From NCBI GenBank assembly GCA_035477595.1, contig DATIKM010000038.1:7050-71049 (forward strand): a DNA stretch of 64,000 nucleotides, read 5' to 3'. This stretch comes from Chthonomonadales bacterium (GTDB lineage: Bacteria; Armatimonadota; Chthonomonadetes; Chthonomonadales; CAJBBX01). A program made the position numbers and the translations under genes. Below are positions 18,724-28,307 of the stretch, one piece after another; the stretch's first letter is position 1, and every line of letters begins with the position of its first letter. The notes beneath the pieces are model-generated. The model made no database searches. It was not told where the DNA came from and worked only from the letters and a program-made list of their open reading frames with translations.

Positions 18724-20049
18724 ATGGACGGAAAGACACACGGCGCCGGCGTCACCCGCCGCGAACTGGTCCGCAGGGCCCTCGTGGCTGGCGGCGCTGT
18801 GGCGCTGCCAGCGATTGTCCCGGCGGCGGCGCTGGGACGCGGGAACGCGGTGGCGCCCTCCGACCGGATCGTGCTTGGCGGCATCGGCCTCGGACCGAGG
18901 GGGCAGGATGTCTTGCGATCGATGCTCGTCGAGAGGGACGTGCAGTTTGTGGCCACCTGCGACATTCGGGCCGACCGACGCCAGTCGGTGAAGGCCATGG
19001 CGGACAACCACTATGGCAACCGGGACTGCGCGATGTACCGTGACCTCCGCGAACTGCTCGCGCGCCCGGACATCGACGCTATCCTCGTGGCAACCGGCGA
19101 CAGGTGGCACGGCCCGGCCTCCATCCTGGCAGCGAAGGCCGGCAAGGACGTCTTCGCCGAGAAGCCCTGTGCGCTGAGCATTGGACTGTGCCAGGCCCTC
19201 GACGACACGTTCCGGCGCTATGGTCGCGTGTTCCAGGCGGGCACGCAGCGCCGCAGCGTGCCCAACTTCCAGGCCGCTGTCCGGCTCGCGCACACCGGCA
19301 AACTGGGCAGGCTGCACACCCTCCACGCCTCGCTCACCCCCCTCTCCATCGCACGCTTTTGGCTCCCGGCCCAACCCGAGCCGCCGCGGGACGAGATCGA
19401 CTGGGACCTGTGGCTCGGGCCGGCGCCATGGCGGCCCTACAACCGCACCTACGTGGACGGCGGCTGGCGCGGCCACCACGACTTCGTGGGCGGCGCAGAG
19501 GTGCTTGAATGGGGCAGCCACACGGTGGACCTGTGTCAGTGGGCGAACCAGTCGGACGACGCTGCGCCCGTGGAGTACGAGGCGGAGGGACAGACCATCC
19601 ACGCACGGTACGCCAACGGCGTCAAACTGTTGATGCGCCAGGCCCACGTCCCGTGGGTCCAGGGCGCGGTGGGCGAGGGATGGATCCCTGGCCTGGGCAC
19701 CTGCCCAGTGCGGTTCGAGGGCGACGAGGGATGGGTCGAGACAGGCGACAACGGTATCATCGAGGTGCACCCGAAGTCGCTCCGGGCGGAGTTGGAGGGT
19801 GTGCGCCGCATCGCGGGTACCGACGCGGCAGGCCATGGCCGCAACTTCCTCGACTGCGTGAGGTCCGGCGCACAGCCTGCCTGCAACGCGAAAGTCATGC
19901 GTCACGGTCACATCGCATGCCATGCCGCTGGACTTGCGTGGCAACTGGGCCGCAAGATGCGCTTCGACCCCGCCACGGAGACGTTCACGGGAGACGCAGA
20001 GGCCAACCGCCTCCGGCATCGCGCTATGCGGGAGCCGTGGCGTGTCTGA
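18724..20049 (+). CDS. Tat-exported Gfo/Idh/MocA family oxidoreductase
   Basis: ATG 18724 lies 6 nt after GAGGAGG. The twin-arginine leader is GVTRRELVRRALVAGGAVALPAIVPAAALG. Family blocks are LGGIGLGPRG, VATGDRWHG and DVFAEKPCA. Confidence 0.85.
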   Translation: MDGKTHGAGVTRRELVRRALVAGGAVALPAIVPAAALGRGNAVAPSDRIVLGGIGLGPRGQDVLRSMLVERDVQFVATCDIRADRRQSVKAMADNHYGNRDCAMYRDLRELLARPDIDAILVATGDRWHGPASILAAKAGKDVFAEKPCALSIGLCQALDDTFRRYGRVFQAGTQRRSVPNFQAAVRLAHTGKLGRLHTLHASLTPLSIARFWLPAQPEPPRDEIDWDLWLGPAPWRPYNRTYVDGGWRGHHDFVGGAEVLEWGSHTVDLCQWANQSDDAAPVEYEAEGQTIHARYANGVKLLMRQAHVPWVQGAVGEGWIPGLGTCPVRFEGDEGWVETGDNGIIEVHPKSLRAELEGVRRIAGTDAAGHGRNFLDCVRSGAQPACNAKVMRHGHIACHAAGLAWQLGRKMRFDPATETFTGDAEANRLRHRAMREPWRV

Positions 20050-20115
20050 GAGGGCAGATGCCCTCGTGCTGACCACTGTGGGGCAGCGACCCCTGTGCTG
20101 GAGGGAAGTGAACGG

Positions 20116-22683
20116 ATGATGCGTGCACGATCGGTCCTCGCCGCCGCGGCGGCGCTTCTGTTTGCTGCGGCGCTCATCGGCGCGCGGGCTCAACAGCCTG
20201 TCGGCGAGGCTCAGCTGATCGCCGTGCTCCAGAGCGACGCCCCCGCCCAGGAGAAGGCGGTCGCGTGCCAGCAACTCGCCGGGATTGGTACGGAACGGTC
20301 CGTGCCGGCGCTCGCGGCTTTGCTCCCCGACGAGGCTCTCAGCAGCCACGCCCGGGTCGCTCTGGAGGCCATCCCGGCCCCAGCGGCGGCACAGGCGCTC
20401 CGCGAGGCCCTCGGGAGGCTGACCGGGCGCCTCCTCGTGGGCGCGGTGAACTCGGTTGGCGTTCGGCGCGACCGCCAGGCGACGAGTGCGCTTGCTCGCC
20501 TGGCGGGCGGCCCGGATCGCGAGGTCGGCGCGGCAGCGCTCGTGGCGCTGGGGCGCATCGGTACGCCCGAGGCAATCCGGGTTGTTCAGGGCGCGCTTGC
20601 ATCCGGCGCACAGCCGCTGCGCGATGCGGCGGCCCACGCTCTCCTGGCTCACGCCGGCGACCGAGAGGCGGTCGGGAGGCGCCAAGAAGCGCTAGCTGCG
20701 CTGAGGCGTCTGCGCGCGTCCCAGGCGCCGCGCCACATCCGTATCGCCGCACTGCAGCGCTCTCTCGTCATCGAGAGCCCTGCCAGCATGCCGGCTCTGA
20801 TGGGCCACCTGCGCTCGACCGACCCTGACCTCGTTTCGATGGCGCTGCGAGCCCTTCGCGAGATGGGCGGCGAGCCGGTGACCAGGGCGCTGGCGGCTCA
20901 AGCAGTGCAGGCGCGGCCGGACGTCCAGCCGGCGCTCGTGCAGGTGCTGCGCGAGCGAAGTGGGCCAGGGGCACTCGGAGGGATCGAGGCCCTCGCGGCT
21001 CGCGGCGCTCCGGACGCGCGTCGAGCGGCGCTGCACGCGCTCGGCGACGTCGGCGGGCCAAGCAGCGTCGCGCTCCTGCTGAGTACGGCACAGGGCGCCG
21101 CCGGCGACGAGCAGGCTACCGCCTCGGCGAGCCTCTCCAGGCTCCGAGCGCCCGGCGTTGACGAGGCGATACTGGCCGCGCTGACCGCTGCGCCGCCAGC
21201 CGCCAAGCCACCACTCCTGGGCGTTCTGACCCGACGACCCGCCTCTGACGCTGCGGCGGAGGCGGCCTTGAGGCTGGCGAGCGCTCCAGAACCCGCCGTC
21301 AGCCGCGCTGCACTCGAAGCGCTGGCGACCCACGGACGCGCGGGCGACCTGCCCGCCATCGTCCGGCTGCTCATCGCCACCACGGACGAGTCCGCCCGCG
21401 ACGCGGCGAGCCAGGCCGCGCAGGCGGTCGTGTGGCGCGTCGAAGACATTGGCGCGCGCGGCCAGCCGATCATCGCAGGGCTGTCCGAGACCCGCCTGCC
21501 GGCCGCGAAGGGAGCCCTGCTCGCGCTACTCGCCGAGATCGGCACCTACCCAGCGCTCCTGGCTGCGACCGCCGCACTCACCGATGCGGAAGCCGCGACG
21601 CGCTCCGCCGCTGTCCGTGCGCTGGCCGCCTGGCCCGACCCCTCGCCCGTGGCCGCTCTCCTGGCTACCGCCGGCCGGGACACCGAACCAGCCGTGCGGG
21701 TCGCCGCGCTCCGCGGCGCGATCCGCCTAGCCGGCACAGCCGCCGCTGAGATCGCCCCACCGCCCGGCCAGGCGGTCCAGTGGCTGCGCCAGGCCGCGCA
21801 GGCGGTCGGCGACGATGCCACGAGCAAGCGTGTGCTGCTTTCGGCGCTCGCCGGAGTGCGGAACATCGAAGGGCTGGCCCTGGTGCGCCCCTACCTGACC
21901 GACGAAGCGGTGCGCGCCGAGGCTGAGCTGGCAGCAATCCAGATCGCCCGTCAGGTGCCCGCGACCGAGAGGGCGATGGCTCGGTCCGTCGTCGAGGGCA
22001 TCCTCGCCGCGCCGGCAAGCGACGAGACGCGCCGGCTCGCAGAGGAGGCGCTGCGCGACCTGCCCGGTCCCAGCGCTGAGCTGCGCATCACTCCGCCCGC
22101 CGCGGAGGAGATCGACCCGGACCGCCTCACGTTCCGGCCGCTGTTCGACGGTCGCACCTTCGAGGGGTGGGAGGGCGACACAGAGCGGTCGTTCCGAATC
22201 CAGGATGGCGCCATCGTCGGAGGCAACCTTCAGACGGCCATCCCGCGCAACGAGTTCCTCTGCACGACACGGCCGTACGCCAACTTCGTCCTGCGGCTCG
22301 AGGTGCGGACCGTCAATGCAAACGGCGGCATCCAGATCCGCTCGCGTCGGATCCCGCGCAGCTCCCAGATCACCGGATACCAGGCAGACATGGACTCCGC
22401 GGGCCACTTCTTCGGCTCGCTCTTCGACGAGAGCCGGCGCGGAATGCTCGCGCAGGCCGACCGACAGGTGATCGCTCAGATCGTGAGGCGCGACGACTGG
22501 AACGCCTACGAAATACGATGTGAAGGGCCCCGCATCCGGCTCTTCGTCAATGGGCGCCTGACGGCCGACTTCACCGAGGCCGACCCCGCCATCCCGCTGA
22601 GCGGCTTTATCGGCCTACAGGTGCATGGCGGCCCGCCCAGCGAGACCTGGTACCGCAACATCCAGATCGCCGAACTGCCGTAG
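20116..22683 (+). CDS. Secreted HEAT-repeat protein with C-terminal DUF1080 (3-keto-disaccharide hydrolase-like, concanavalin-type) domain
   Basis: Signal peptide is MMRARSVLAAAAALLFAAALIGARAQQ. About 650 aa of Ala/Leu-rich HEAT/PBS-lyase-type repeats follow (GIGTERSVPALAALL, ALGRIGTPEAI, ALGDVGGPSSV). The C-terminus (about 22132-22680) reads FRPLFDGRTFEGWEG...FRIQDGAIVG...NGGIQIRS...GYQADMD...WNAYEIRCEG.RIRLFVNG...GFIGLQVHGG...WYRNIQIAEL, which is classic DUF1080. Confidence 0.8.
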   Translation: MMRARSVLAAAAALLFAAALIGARAQQPVGEAQLIAVLQSDAPAQEKAVACQQLAGIGTERSVPALAALLPDEALSSHARVALEAIPAPAAAQALREALGRLTGRLLVGAVNSVGVRRDRQATSALARLAGGPDREVGAAALVALGRIGTPEAIRVVQGALASGAQPLRDAAAHALLAHAGDREAVGRRQEALAALRRLRASQAPRHIRIAALQRSLVIESPASMPALMGHLRSTDPDLVSMALRALREMGGEPVTRALAAQAVQARPDVQPALVQVLRERSGPGALGGIEALAARGAPDARRAALHALGDVGGPSSVALLLSTAQGAAGDEQATASASLSRLRAPGVDEAILAALTAAPPAAKPPLLGVLTRRPASDAAAEAALRLASAPEPAVSRAALEALATHGRAGDLPAIVRLLIATTDESARDAASQAAQAVVWRVEDIGARGQPIIAGLSETRLPAAKGALLALLAEIGTYPALLAATAALTDAEAATRSAAVRALAAWPDPSPVAALLATAGRDTEPAVRVAALRGAIRLAGTAAAEIAPPPGQAVQWLRQAAQAVGDDATSKRVLLSALAGVRNIEGLALVRPYLTDEAVRAEAELAAIQIARQVPATERAMARSVVEGILAAPASDETRRLAEEALRDLPGPSAELRITPPAAEEIDPDRLTFRPLFDGRTFEGWEGDTERSFRIQDGAIVGGNLQTAIPRNEFLCTTRPYANFVLRLEVRTVNANGGIQIRSRRIPRSSQITGYQADMDSAGHFFGSLFDESRRGMLAQADRQVIAQIVRRDDWNAYEIRCEGPRIRLFVNGRLTADFTEADPAIPLSGFIGLQVHGGPPSETWYRNIQIAELP

Positions 22684-22703
22684 ACTGCCCGCGCACCACG
22701 CCA

Positions 22704-22738
22704 CGTCTGTGGGCGGCAGTCAGTACCGCCCGCAGACG
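22704..22738. terminator. Stem-loop between convergent genes (candidate terminator)
   Basis: CGTCTGTGGGCGG (22704-22716) pairs with CCGCCCGCAGACG (22726-22738), giving 13 bp with one U-G pair and a 9-nt loop. It starts 20 nt after the stop at 22683. Confidence 0.45.
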
Positions 22739-22924
22739 CGGCGTCCGTGTGCGTCCCCCTGCTCGCCTGCATGTAGCATTGGATGGACGCGGAGTCGGCA
22801 GGCAGTGCCGGCGCCTTCGGTGCGCTCGACTGAGAGCACATCCGGCGTCGGCTCGACCGCATCCGCGAGAGGCAACCTGGGTCCTGCGGGGCCTGCACAC
22901 GGTGGCGTGGGCGCCGTCCAGCGC

Positions 22925-25189
22925 CTACCTCGCCACCACCTCGAAGGGAATGGCTGGCAACAGCCCGAGCGGCACACGCCGAGCTGTAGCGCCGGAGCGG
23001 GCGTTGCCACGCTGCCGCGGGACCTCGCGGTACGCCTCCACGATGAGGTTGCCGCGCGTGCCGGTCTTCGCCTTGGAGGCATCGGCGCGAAGCACGAGCT
23101 CCAGACCACTCGCTCCGCGCGCCACCTCCGCGATGCTGACACCCTCCGGCGGCTCGCTGAGCGAGAAGCCGATCTCCCCGGACAATGGGCGCAATGGCGC
23201 CGTGACCGATACGCGCACCGTGCCGCCCGCAGTGATGGCCACCGGTCCAGTCTGGCGCACGGCAAGCGTCGGCCCGGTGGGTGCGCGACCGAGCACGGCA
23301 ACCGCCCACTCGTCAGCCGGCACGAGGTGCCTATAGGCGAAGGCCTGCATCATGTCCTCGGCTGGCTTCGCCTCGCGAACGACCTCCCTCCCGTCAACTG
23401 TCGCCACACCCTCGAGGCGCAACGACAGCGGCTCGTCCGGTCCGCTCGCAGGCGCCGTAAGGGTAAGCCGGACCCTCTCTTCGCCCGCGGCAACGGCGCC
23501 GCCCTCGATCGCGAAACCCTCAGGCGCGCCCGCGAGGCGGAGGGCGATAGGGCCGTCGAACCCGTCGCGCCGCAACGCGTACACCGTCACGGCGGCCCGA
23601 GCGCCGGCCCGCACGGTCACGCTCGCCGGTGTGACGCGGAGGTCGAAGTCTGGCCTCGGTGGACCGACGCGCAGACGGTAGGCGTGGTCCGGCCCGCCCA
23701 TCCGCTGTGCGTCGCGAACCGTCAGGAAGGCGACACCGCTCGCAGGGAGCGCTGCTTCGACGCGCGAATCGGCGTGATGGGTGATCAGGCCGGCAGCACG
23801 GTCGACGAAGTCGTCGTTGAACGCCAGGCGCCGCCCGGCGGCGTCGGTCAGCTCCAGCGTCGGGTCAAGGGGCGAGCCCAGCCTTCGGGCCGCCACCTCC
23901 GCCACCACCTTGGACCGAGGCTTGCCCAGGACGCGATACACGTCCACGTCGCCCGGTCTGCCGATGCGCCCGTCGACGGCGACCGCGCCGCGCAGGGCTT
24001 GCGCTCCGGCAGGCGCATCGTTAGGCTCCCTCTCCGCAACAGAGGGCACGGCATCGACGGCGAAGGGCACGCGGTTGGAGGGCACCGGCGTCCCCGGCAG
24101 CGACACGAGACGGATGCCCGGCGGCCCGGTCGGTGGCCTGATGCGCGTCGAGGGCAGGTTCCACCCTCGCGCCTCCAGCGCCGCGGGCGAGCCCGCCGTG
24201 CCTCCGAGGGGGAACACGCCAGTCAGCACCGGAACCTCTCCCACCGTGATGCGGTAGACGAAGTCCTCGCGCCCGCGGTAGATCGCGTCGGCAATGCTCA
24301 GGGCGTACCGCCCATCCTCGGGAATGGTGACCGCGAACGCGGGGTCCGGGTGGAAGCGGAAGTCGTCACAGAATGCGAGCTCCCTGCCGCGCGGGTCCCG
24401 CAGCACCGCAACGGCCTGGAACCACCCCGGCACCGCGTCGGCAAGATAAGGGAGCAGCTCCCGAGCCTCGGCTCGGACCACCAGGCTCGCCCCCTTCCGC
24501 GCCGCGAACACGAACCGGTCCACGTCGCCAGGCAGGATCTGGCCGTTGACCACGGCGGGCAGCCCGGCGCCGAGATCGTTGGGCTCGGGGTCGTTCGGCT
24601 CGGCCTCGGCATGCTCGGGCAGGCGGCCCACGTGGAACCGCAGCGGGTTCGAAAGGCCGAGGGGCGTCAGGAGCCGCACTTCGCGGGGGCCGGGCGCGGC
24701 ATCGGGCTCGACGCTGACCCTGAGGGTCACCTTCTCCGCGATCTGCGAGTTCTGCTGCCTCCTGGGGTCGTTGCGGCTCTGCACGAACTCCCGGAGCTTC
24801 CGCAGTTGCTCCTCGGTAACCCCCGCCTCCGTGGCGATACGCGCCATCTGCGCGAGGTTGCGCAGGCCGGTGCGCGCCCGCCCATCGAGCCCTGCACCGA
24901 AGAGCCTCTGGTTGGCCTGCTCGAGCCTCTCCCGGATCTGCTGCACCTCGCGCTGCGTCATCGGCCGGTCGTACCCCTCGACCGTTGCCGAGACGCCGCC
25001 TCCCGTGACATAGGCCGCCCGGGCGCCCATGAGCGCCTGACCGCCCGCCGTCACCTGCACGGTCTGGCCGACGCGCGCGCCCGCCGGGTAGAGGTAGCCG
25101 ATGCGCGGCGACAGCGCGCGCTGCTGGGCCATGCCGGGCGCGGCCGCGAGGGCCAGAAGAAGCGCCAGGGAAACGGTCGTTCGGTGCAT
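22925..25189 (-). CDS. Secreted protein with two pre-peptidase C-terminal (PPC)-type domains and Ig-like beta regions
   Basis: ATG 25189 begins MHRTTVSLALLLALAAAPGMAQQ (signal peptide). Two copies of the PPC pattern are present: AEAEPNDPEPNDL...VNGQILPGDVDRFVFAARKGASLVV and AEREPNDAPAGAQAL...VDGRIGRPGDVDVYRVLGKPRSKVV. It starts 15 nt after the DUF1501 stop. Confidence 0.7.
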   Translation of the reverse strand: MHRTTVSLALLLALAAAPGMAQQRALSPRIGYLYPAGARVGQTVQVTAGGQALMGARAAYVTGGGVSATVEGYDRPMTQREVQQIRERLEQANQRLFGAGLDGRARTGLRNLAQMARIATEAGVTEEQLRKLREFVQSRNDPRRQQNSQIAEKVTLRVSVEPDAAPGPREVRLLTPLGLSNPLRFHVGRLPEHAEAEPNDPEPNDLGAGLPAVVNGQILPGDVDRFVFAARKGASLVVRAEARELLPYLADAVPGWFQAVAVLRDPRGRELAFCDDFRFHPDPAFAVTIPEDGRYALSIADAIYRGREDFVYRITVGEVPVLTGVFPLGGTAGSPAALEARGWNLPSTRIRPPTGPPGIRLVSLPGTPVPSNRVPFAVDAVPSVAEREPNDAPAGAQALRGAVAVDGRIGRPGDVDVYRVLGKPRSKVVAEVAARRLGSPLDPTLELTDAAGRRLAFNDDFVDRAAGLITHHADSRVEAALPASGVAFLTVRDAQRMGGPDHAYRLRVGPPRPDFDLRVTPASVTVRAGARAAVTVYALRRDGFDGPIALRLAGAPEGFAIEGGAVAAGEERVRLTLTAPASGPDEPLSLRLEGVATVDGREVVREAKPAEDMMQAFAYRHLVPADEWAVAVLGRAPTGPTLAVRQTGPVAITAGGTVRVSVTAPLRPLSGEIGFSLSEPPEGVSIAEVARGASGLELVLRADASKAKTGTRGNLIVEAYREVPRQRGNARSGATARRVPLGLLPAIPFEVVAR

Positions 25190-25203
25190 CGCGACTTCTC
25201 CGT

Positions 25204-26556
25204 CTACATGATCTCGCGGAGGCGCCCTGCCGAGCTCACTCCCTCGGCCGCCGCTGGCGTCGCCCGCACATCGATGCCGAGCGGATGGGGCAGCTTCGCG
25301 TCGGGGTCGATGCCCAGCAGTTCGTAGAAGCTGCCGATGAGGTCGGCCGGGTAGACGGGCCGGTCCGTCACCTGCTCGCCCCGAGCATCGGACGCACCAA
25401 CGACCTGGCCGCCCCGGAACCCGCCGCCTGCAACGACCGTGGAGAACACCGCGCCGTGGTGGTGGCGACCCCCATTCCAGGGCGCCTCCCAGCTTACGCG
25501 GGGCGAGCGGCCGAACTCGCCGCCCCACCAGACTATGGTGCTGCCCAGGAGCCCGCGTTCGGAGAGGTCCTGCAGCAACGTGGCGAAGCCGCGGTCCATC
25601 TGCGGGAGCCTCTGGCGCATCGTCTGGAAGTGCTGCTTATGGGTGTCCCAGCCCTTGTAGTTGATGGTGACGTACGGCACGCCGCGCTCCACGAGCCGGC
25701 GGGCGAGCAGGCATGACTGGCCGAACGTGTTTCTGCCGTAACGCGTGCGGAGCTCGTCCTTCTCCTGCGACAGGTCGAAGACCTTGCCGGCATCGCCCAG
25801 AATGAGGTCGTATGCCTCCTTCTCGCCCTGCGCGAAGGCCGCGAGGCTGCTGTCGCCCGGAAGCGCCGCGCCCAGGGAGTCGAGCCGGCGCAGCAGCCCG
25901 CGCCGGTCGCGCTGGCGCTGCTCCGAGATGCCTTCCGCCACCACCCCCTCCACAACGAAGCGCGCCTGCGCCGGGTCTCCTCCGGTGGCGAAAGGCTTCG
26001 CGCGGTAGCCCAGGAACCCCGACTCCGAGAAGCGCCCTTGGAGCTCCGTGAGAACTATGTAGGGCGGGATGAGCCCCTTGTAGCCGCCGGCGTGCCCCTT
26101 GAACAGCGACACGACCGCGCCGACGCCCGGGAAGACCTGCCCGTTCCCCGGCGTGCGCCCCGTCTGCACAACGTAGGAGGCCGTCTCGTGGGCATTCACA
26201 CCGTGTGTCATGCTGCGGATGATGGAGTACTGGTCCGCCTGCTTCGCCAGCTCGGGCAGCAGCTCACCCACGAGGATGCCTGGCACGTTCGTTGGGATCG
26301 CCGTCGCCAGGGGGCCCGTGTAGTCGCTGCCGGCGTCCGGCTTGGGGTCGAACGTGTCGGTGTGCGCCGGACCGCCCCAGAGCCATAGCTGGATGATGGA
26401 CTTCGCCGTTGCGTTGCGCGGCGCCGCCTGCCTGGCCCATGCCGCCGGCCCGGGCAGGCCTGCCACGGTCAGCCCCACAGCGCCGCCCACGCCGCGACGG
26501 ACGAGGTCCCGGCGGGTCAGTCCCGCCGATGCGTCGGGCTTCGGTCGATCGCTCAT
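25204..26556 (-). CDS. DUF1501 domain protein (sulfatase/alkaline-phosphatase-like fold), Tat signal
   Basis: The Tat leader is GLTRRDLVRRGVGGAVGLTVAG. LWLWGGPAHTDTFDPKP and GWDTHKQHF...VWWGGEFGRSPR are typical DUF1501 blocks. Length is 450 aa. Confidence 0.85.
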   Translation of the reverse strand: MSDRPKPDASAGLTRRDLVRRGVGGAVGLTVAGLPGPAAWARQAAPRNATAKSIIQLWLWGGPAHTDTFDPKPDAGSDYTGPLATAIPTNVPGILVGELLPELAKQADQYSIIRSMTHGVNAHETASYVVQTGRTPGNGQVFPGVGAVVSLFKGHAGGYKGLIPPYIVLTELQGRFSESGFLGYRAKPFATGGDPAQARFVVEGVVAEGISEQRQRDRRGLLRRLDSLGAALPGDSSLAAFAQGEKEAYDLILGDAGKVFDLSQEKDELRTRYGRNTFGQSCLLARRLVERGVPYVTINYKGWDTHKQHFQTMRQRLPQMDRGFATLLQDLSERGLLGSTIVWWGGEFGRSPRVSWEAPWNGGRHHHGAVFSTVVAGGGFRGGQVVGASDARGEQVTDRPVYPADLIGSFYELLGIDPDAKLPHPLGIDVRATPAAAEGVSSAGRLREIM

Positions 26557-26596
26557 CGGTCGAGTCCTTCACGTGCGCCCGGCGGATGCCGGGCCG

Positions 26597-28138
26597 TCAG
26601 TGCCGGAAAAGGAACTCCGGGCTGTTCAGAAGCGCCCACGCCAGGTCCACCATGGCTTGACTGCGCCCAGGCCGGCCTGCCGTCGCCAGATGCTGGCCGA
26701 CCGCGGCGCGCTCTCCCTCGGTCGGGGAGCGCGACAGCATGGTCAGGTAGAGCGTCTCGACGGACTCGTGGTCCGGTCGCGCGGAGCGGGTGATGGCGAG
26801 CATGGCCGGGCCGCGCTCGATCTTGTTGCGTATGTGGCTCGAGTTCAGCAGGTGCAGCCGCTGGGCCGCCGTGGCGCTGTTGTTGCGTTCGGAGAACATT
26901 CCGGTGTCGCGCGCCGGCCGGCCGAACATCTGGAGGAAGGAGCTGGTGATGCTGCCGTCGGCAAGGGCGATGGACCGCACGCGCTCCGGAATGAAGGTGA
27001 ACGGTTCCGGGATGGCGCTTGAGTAGGACTCCGTGGTGCCCGTTATCTGGTTGATCGCGTCGATCAGCACCTCCGCGTCCAGCCGCCTGAGCGGGTAGAA
27101 AGCGAACTGCGACTCGGCCGCGGGGCTCGCGGAGCGCCGCACGCACGAGAGCTGATAGGTGGAGGAGAGGGCGATTGTCCGGATCAATCCGCGCAGGTCG
27201 TACCCCGACGCGACGAACGACCGCTCGAGGTGGGCCAGCAACTCGGGGTTGCCCGGCGGGTTGCCCGGCCGGATGTCGTCTGGTTCGTGCACGATCCCGC
27301 GGCCAAACATCCACGCCCACACCCGGTTGACCGCCGCGCTCGCGAACCACGGGTTGCCGGGCGCCGTCAGCCATGCCGCGAAGGCTTCGCGCGGGTCGCG
27401 TCCGGGGGCGATGACCGCCCTCGTGCCATCGGGGAAGGCGGCCCCCGTCACCGGTCCTTTCGAGCCGTCGTGCTGAACGATCTCTTCCTTCCACTCGCCC
27501 GTGGGCTTGTAGGCGATGCGCGAGAAGAAGGCGGCCATGCCGCGCAACCGCGCCGGCGGCCAACGGTCGGCGCGCGCGCCCATCAGCGTCAGTGCAACGA
27601 CCCGCGCGACCGGCTCAGGGCCGCGGCCCTGGAGCGCGCGGTAGAAGTTCACCGGGGCAACGCGGAAGTTGCTCCCGCTCGCCGTAAGCAGCTCGCGCGC
27701 AAAGCGGTCGTACCGCACGTTGTCGCGCAGGCATGTTCGCACCCACCGGTGGTACGCCTGGACGGCGTTGGGCCACAGGTTAATGGGGAACTCGGCCTTC
27801 ACCCGGAGCGCGTCGCACCAGCGCATCGCCCAGTAGTCGGCGTACTCCTCCCGCGCAAGGAGGCCCTCGACGAGGTCGCGGCGCTTCGTAGGGCTCGCAT
27901 CGGACAAGAAGGCGCGCGCCTCCGCGGCAGTCGGTAGCGTACCGATGATGCCGAGGCTGGCGCGCCGGAGGAACGCGCTATCGGAAGCGGGACGCGCGGG
28001 CCGAATCCCGAGCCGCCTCAGCCGGGCGAACACTAGCTCGTCGATCATGCCCGCCGCCGTGGGCTCACGGTTCAGCTCGTACGGAGTGACCCCTGCCGTG
28101 TCCACCGACATGGCGACCTGCCCTCGCGCTCCGCGCAT
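26597..28138 (-). CDS. DUF1549/DUF1553 (PSD1-type) protein, short form without recognisable signal peptide or cytochrome-c domain
   Basis: The DUF1549 block is IDELVFARLRRLGIRPARPASDSAFLRRASLGIIGTLPT..EARAFL.D..P.KR..LVEGLL...EYADYWAMRWCD. The DUF1553 tail is LHLLNSS... ending LAWALLNSPEFLFRH. The start is uncertain (ATG 28138, or ATG 28111 which has GAGGG upstream). Confidence 0.8.
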   Translation of the reverse strand: MRGARGQVAMSVDTAGVTPYELNREPTAAGMIDELVFARLRRLGIRPARPASDSAFLRRASLGIIGTLPTAAEARAFLSDASPTKRRDLVEGLLAREEYADYWAMRWCDALRVKAEFPINLWPNAVQAYHRWVRTCLRDNVRYDRFARELLTASGSNFRVAPVNFYRALQGRGPEPVARVVALTLMGARADRWPPARLRGMAAFFSRIAYKPTGEWKEEIVQHDGSKGPVTGAAFPDGTRAVIAPGRDPREAFAAWLTAPGNPWFASAAVNRVWAWMFGRGIVHEPDDIRPGNPPGNPELLAHLERSFVASGYDLRGLIRTIALSSTYQLSCVRRSASPAAESQFAFYPLRRLDAEVLIDAINQITGTTESYSSAIPEPFTFIPERVRSIALADGSITSSFLQMFGRPARDTGMFSERNNSATAAQRLHLLNSSHIRNKIERGPAMLAITRSARPDHESVETLYLTMLSRSPTEGERAAVGQHLATAGRPGRSQAMVDLAWALLNSPEFLFRH

Positions 28139-28307
28139 GGAGTGGGCGCGGTGCGGCCAGACGGTGAGCGAGCCGCTTCGTCGCTCCCGAATCGCTAGAC
28201 GCAGCGAGGGGCGCCGAGTTCATCGGCAGGGCGATCCAACTGCTTGGCGCACATCCGGCGACCGGACCGCGCGGGCCTGCCGACTGATGCCAGCAGCCCT
28301 TCCGGGC

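Noticed and set aside
18535-20685. 716-aa minus-strand ORF
   Set aside because: It is antisense to the Tat Gfo/Idh/MocA gene and to the start of the HEAT gene, both of which have RBS, signal peptides and family motifs.
22625-25327. 900-aa plus-strand ORF
   Set aside because: It is antisense to the PPC-domain gene and overlaps the end of the HEAT/DUF1080 gene. It is Arg/Gly/Pro/His-rich with no motifs. The minus-strand gene has a signal peptide, domain motifs and operon context.
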